Assembly: GCA_040954595.2 (NCBI GenBank)
Contig: CM082588.2
Coordinates: 3,598,156 to 3,662,155 of the forward strand
DNA length: 64,000 nt
Source of the DNA: Balanoglossus misakiensis
Lineage: Eukaryota; Animalia; Hemichordata
Direction: 5' to 3'
Shown here: one piece after another, positions 60,001 through 64,000 of the stretch
Position numbering within the stretch: position 1 is the stretch's first letter
Layout of the letters: every line of letters starts with the position of its first letter
The notes under the pieces: generated by a model
What the model was told of the DNA's origin: nothing
The model's input: the letters and a program-made list of their open reading frames with translations, nothing else
Databases searched by the model: none
Translations under genes and position numbers: made by a program

Positions 60001-60755
60001 AATGAACCATATAAGACAGTAATCAGGGAAACTCTTAACATTAACTGGATTAAAAGAAACAAGGTAATGAACAAGTCATTATCACACTTCATGTGGAACT
60101 TAAAGAAAATGATATCATATTAAACTGCCATTGCTTTTGTTAGAGTGGAATATGACAGAAGAGGACAGTGCATTGCATATCAAAATTCACTTACATCCAT
60201 CAGCATTTTCACCCTGTGGTCAGAATTGATTTGGTCTCGTGCCTGTAGAAAAAAAAACAAACTAACAAATGAGGACTGTATTGGTGAAGACATCATGGTC
60301 AGAACACCAGATTCACGCAATGTCACACGGTAGGACACCTGTGTTGTCCTGAGCAAAGCACTTTCCTTCTGCAGTTCTGGTCCATCCTCGCATCCAATCC
60401 AAAAGTGATGACTAAAATCAGTAAATGGTGTATTGTAACAAGTAGTTTGTATGTGAACTGGACGTTTGTACGTTACTTTTTGTTTACTGTAAACACTGCC
60501 TACAGCCTACACTTCAAATCATACAATATTATTGTTTATGTTTGGACCTGGTGCCGGTGCCGGTGGAGATCACCACTGAGGAGATAAAGCACGAACAACG
60601 AAACTGACAATAACGACGTAGCGTTGTGTACGCCAACGATCGGTAGGTTTTAGACTCACCGAAGTTTTCTTGTGAAGAATTTCTTTCGACTTCGCGTCCA
60701 TAAGCCTCTCTCTCTCTTCATGCAGTCGCCGCTGTTGTTCCAGAAGAGTTTCCAT
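57031..60755 (-). CDS. SF3A3: Splicing factor 3A subunit 3 (SF3a60/PRP9), multi-exon
   Basis: [18 protein letters not shown]; [13 protein letters not shown]; [24 protein letters not shown]; zinc finger CEICGN..HF; ends [25 protein letters not shown]. Confidence 0.97.
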
Positions 60756-61077
60756 TCTTGTGTTTACTTGAAGATCGTCAGCAAAGAAAGCTCACTCACT
60801 CAGCTCAGGTACGATAACAAAACGTGAGACAAGATGGCTGCCGCATAGGGATGATTGTTTGTTGAGACTTTCCTTCACTGAACTGTTGTTCTGTACAATC
60901 GTTTATTTGGAATACAGAGACTTGGAAAGGTTTTTTTATCGCCAAAAATACATTGTAAGCACTCATGGTTTCTATACGGCAAAACGACATATCAATCGAC
61001 TGGAGAAATAAAAATTAACCATCTTTCAGAAGTACCAACGTTTATATTTTATAATAGAAGCCATTTTCTGCAGCAAT

Positions 61078-61149
61078 GACTCCGTGGCGCAAGGGTAGCG
61101 CGTCTGACTCCAGATCAGAAGGCTGCGTGTTCGAATCACGTCGGGGTCA
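61078..61149 (+). tRNA. trnW: tRNA-Trp (anticodon CCA)
   Basis: GACTCCG/CGGGGTC acceptor stem, A box TGGCGCAAGGG, anticodon loop CT-CCA-GA, T loop GTTCGAATC, oligo-T terminator ~10 nt downstream. Confidence 0.96.
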
Positions 61150-64000
61150 GTGGCCAAATTTTTCTTCCACTCTCAACCTGGAGTAACTTTAAAGTCTATG
61201 ACCCAATGTAATCTTCTCTTTTATCTTCTGGTATCTTGTTTATTGAACACCACTGACAGTGATAGCCTCTATGTACTCAGGATCAGGAACAAAATGTTGC
61301 ACGCAATTCCATGGCAACGTGCATATTCACTGTTTTTCCCATTTTAACCAGAAACCTACCAGCATGCCGACAGCAAGCAAAGAATTTTGTTACAACCATC
61401 CCTCTCAGAGAAAGCCAACACATCACTACAGACAACTCCATATAGTACTCACAAGATACAAGAACCATTGTTTTTCAATTTTCTTTATTCTCATCAAAAG
61501 TATCTTCTTTTTCAAAAAGCATACATATTAACTGGTACCTTCTCGGAAATTAATTTCATCTCCTTGCTAACAATTTTACAAAATTTGTCAAATTCTAATT
61601 TTTTTTTAAATCTCTGATAATAAACAGGCATAATAGAAATTTATTCTCTCCTTGAGAGCTTTGTCACTTTTTGCTGAAATGGGGAGAAAAATCACAACTT
61701 TTACCGCAGTCAAATGCATTAATTATTTTTATATAAGCAGGGACGTTTTTTGTCAAATTTCGGTGGCAAACTGGAAATTTCTTCGGAAACACTGCAAGGC
61801 ACACTTCAACATACACAGGATATGCCAACTCTAATTTTGTCAGATTTTTTCACAAAAAGGCAATGATATTGCTGTAAATGTGTTTTGTCATAAAAATAGT
61901 TTTTATATATTTCTATTAACAAGGTACTCCGTTGAGATGGCGATCAGCTGACTGTCTTGATACTTTTTTCTTCCTGTTCTCGAAGCCCATGATCCTCTGC
62001 AATATACAAAGACATGGATACTCAACAACACTGCACACACAAAAATACGACTGTCCTCTGAAGGGACACATATATGACACTACTTTTCAGGAGGTACCAC
62101 TGACAGAAAATCCTCACGTTTCCTTATATTTCTGTTCTAAAGTTCTCCTGCCCTACAAGAATCATTCAAATATTCGCCTAACCCTATAACAGTGATATCG
62201 GATATTTTCAGTTGTGTGTTGTAGGAAGAAAATAACTTGTTTACCTGGCATGATGACTTTGCAAATTAATGTGCAGTTAGGAACATGAAAGTTCATGCAC
62301 AAAAATTTCATTCGGACAGTATAGAATTTGTTGAATATTATCACTTTGACTGGCTGCAAGTAGCCGAACATGAAATGAGAATTCAACACTGCGTTCATCA
62401 CTTGAAATGGTCAGTGGTTGCACGCTTAACTTAGGCTGGAAAACCAGGATTTCATATCTGACTTGGCCAACCTTAAATATCTTGCGTCCTTCTTCAGTTT
62501 AGTATAAAGATCCAGCCAAGTAATTTTGGTAGCTACTACCTCCTCAAAATGCTACTAAATTTTTCCAGAGATCACTGAAGTTATGAGCAATGATCACCAA
62601 AGGGAGTTAATTCTTCTGGATAAAACGCAGGAAGTTGATGATTGCAGTTGTTTTATGAAAACTTGTGATAGCAGTACAAATACACATGGATAAACACATA
62701 ATATATGCACATTTCCATATTCTGTTACGCACACAGTTTTGTTTGCTCAAAAGATTTGTCAAAAAGCAGTCAATGAATTTTGAAAGCGGCATATTTTTCA
62801 CTCAAAAGATTGCCAGAAGTTTGTTTCATTTCTTGGTGTTTACTGAACTTACAACAGAACCAATTGATATACAAACCAGTTTGTTTTTGACGACTTAAAC
62901 GCGAAGAGAACTGCCTGCATACAGCAATTGTTGAAATCTTTCACTTGTTCAGCCCTTTAATCAGAGGCATGTATATAGTCATGATCAGGTAAATTTTTTT
63001 TGAAACGTTTATGACCTCGGACATAAGGTCATTCTGTCCATGGATTCAAACATTTTATCCCATTTCTTGAGTTAGTTGCCCGTCAAATAAGCTTAGAGGC
63101 ACACTGTCCCACAATTCACTGATTCGTCCATCATCCAATGGTAGTAATTTACCAATTTTAGAAAAATTCACTTGATAGCTTTTTGAATGGGTTAATTAAT
63201 AACCAACATTTGACCAAGGAAACCAAAAGACATCAACCCTGCAGTGGGTTGGAAGACTTCATGCAAAACCAAAATTTCTGAAAGTCAATTTTTTGAGATC
63301 TTTAGACACTATTCATACAGGCCCAGAAATGTCATGTTGACGACCCCTTTACAGTAGTCTCATTGATAAACAAAAAGTGAATATTGCTCAAATTATGATC
63401 TTTCAATTCGCCAAAGGTACAAAAAAATTAATGTAATTTTTGGGAGGGCACATAATTTTCAGCAGATGTTCACTTTCTATTTGAGGCACAAGGGATAGTC
63501 ACCTGGGAAACACACATCTCTCCTCTTCCACTTCCTCACATCCAGGCAATGCCGAGGCAGCTCCAGGCCATGCAATACACCCCTGGGGGTCCAAGTGGCC
63601 GCGGCCTCCTTTGCTTGATGAGTGGCTGGCACCTGTACAGCTGAGATATGCTCTCTACACGAGTGCCAAATGGGAAAACAAACGTGGCCAGACAGGCAAC
63701 TTGTTTTTTTGTGTCTTTTTTGTCTTGCGAGAAACCTGGTAATTCTATGTGGCTAAAAAAAGCTCTAGTTCAGTTCTCCAGCTACTGGCCAATAACGGCG
63801 AAGCTTTTTAAAAATAATGTAAATGATATTTTTTTTTTCTCTGCTACCAGAATGCCAAGGCAGATAGATGTCAATGCCTCCGTTTTAGTGGATGTTCTTG
63901 TTCGAAGCCAGCTTATAGGCTTGCAATGTTTGAGAGACTGCAGTCACTGTCTCTAAGTGTTCCAGTCAGTCAAATATACACATTAGTCACTGGAGAAGAG

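Noticed and set aside
60290-60400. SINE remnant in SF3A3 intron 1 (GTTGTCCTGAGCAAAGCACTTT)
   Set aside because: Only a short resemblance to SINE core motifs; no clear A/B boxes or boundaries.
57031-60755. Intronic snoRNAs in SF3A3, or a functional link between SF3A3 and the neighbouring U12 introns
   Set aside because: No convincing paired C/D or H/ACA boxes seen. SF3a is a U2 snRNP component and adjacency gives no mechanistic evidence.
61500-64000. Gene or transposon in the right-hand 2.5 kb
   Set aside because: AT-rich and probably repeat-derived, but no identifiable ORF or paired termini.

Overview
Intron-rich animal genomic DNA; the gene content and splice signals suggest an invertebrate deuterostome, but the taxon is an inference. 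The first ~12 kb is an 88/87-bp tandem satellite: a homogeneous 88-bp core flanked by an 87-bp variant. It is followed by two tandem Popeye-domain (BVES/POPDC) genes on +, and a BDH2/DHRS6 cluster on - made of one complete gene, one intact copy lacking exon 1 and one copy with only exons 1-3. Next come PDXK (+; head-to-head with BDH2, exon 1 duplicated), an INPP5B/OCRL pro-orthologue (-) with three U12-type introns (two AT-AC, one GT-AG), SF3A3 (-) and a tRNA-Trp. Most interesting: the split/permuted BDH2 cluster, the triple minor-intron gene, eight full CRE palindromes around the cAMP-effector Popeye genes, and SF3A3-INPP5B adjacency as in human. Exon coordinates were read by hand; no searches were run.
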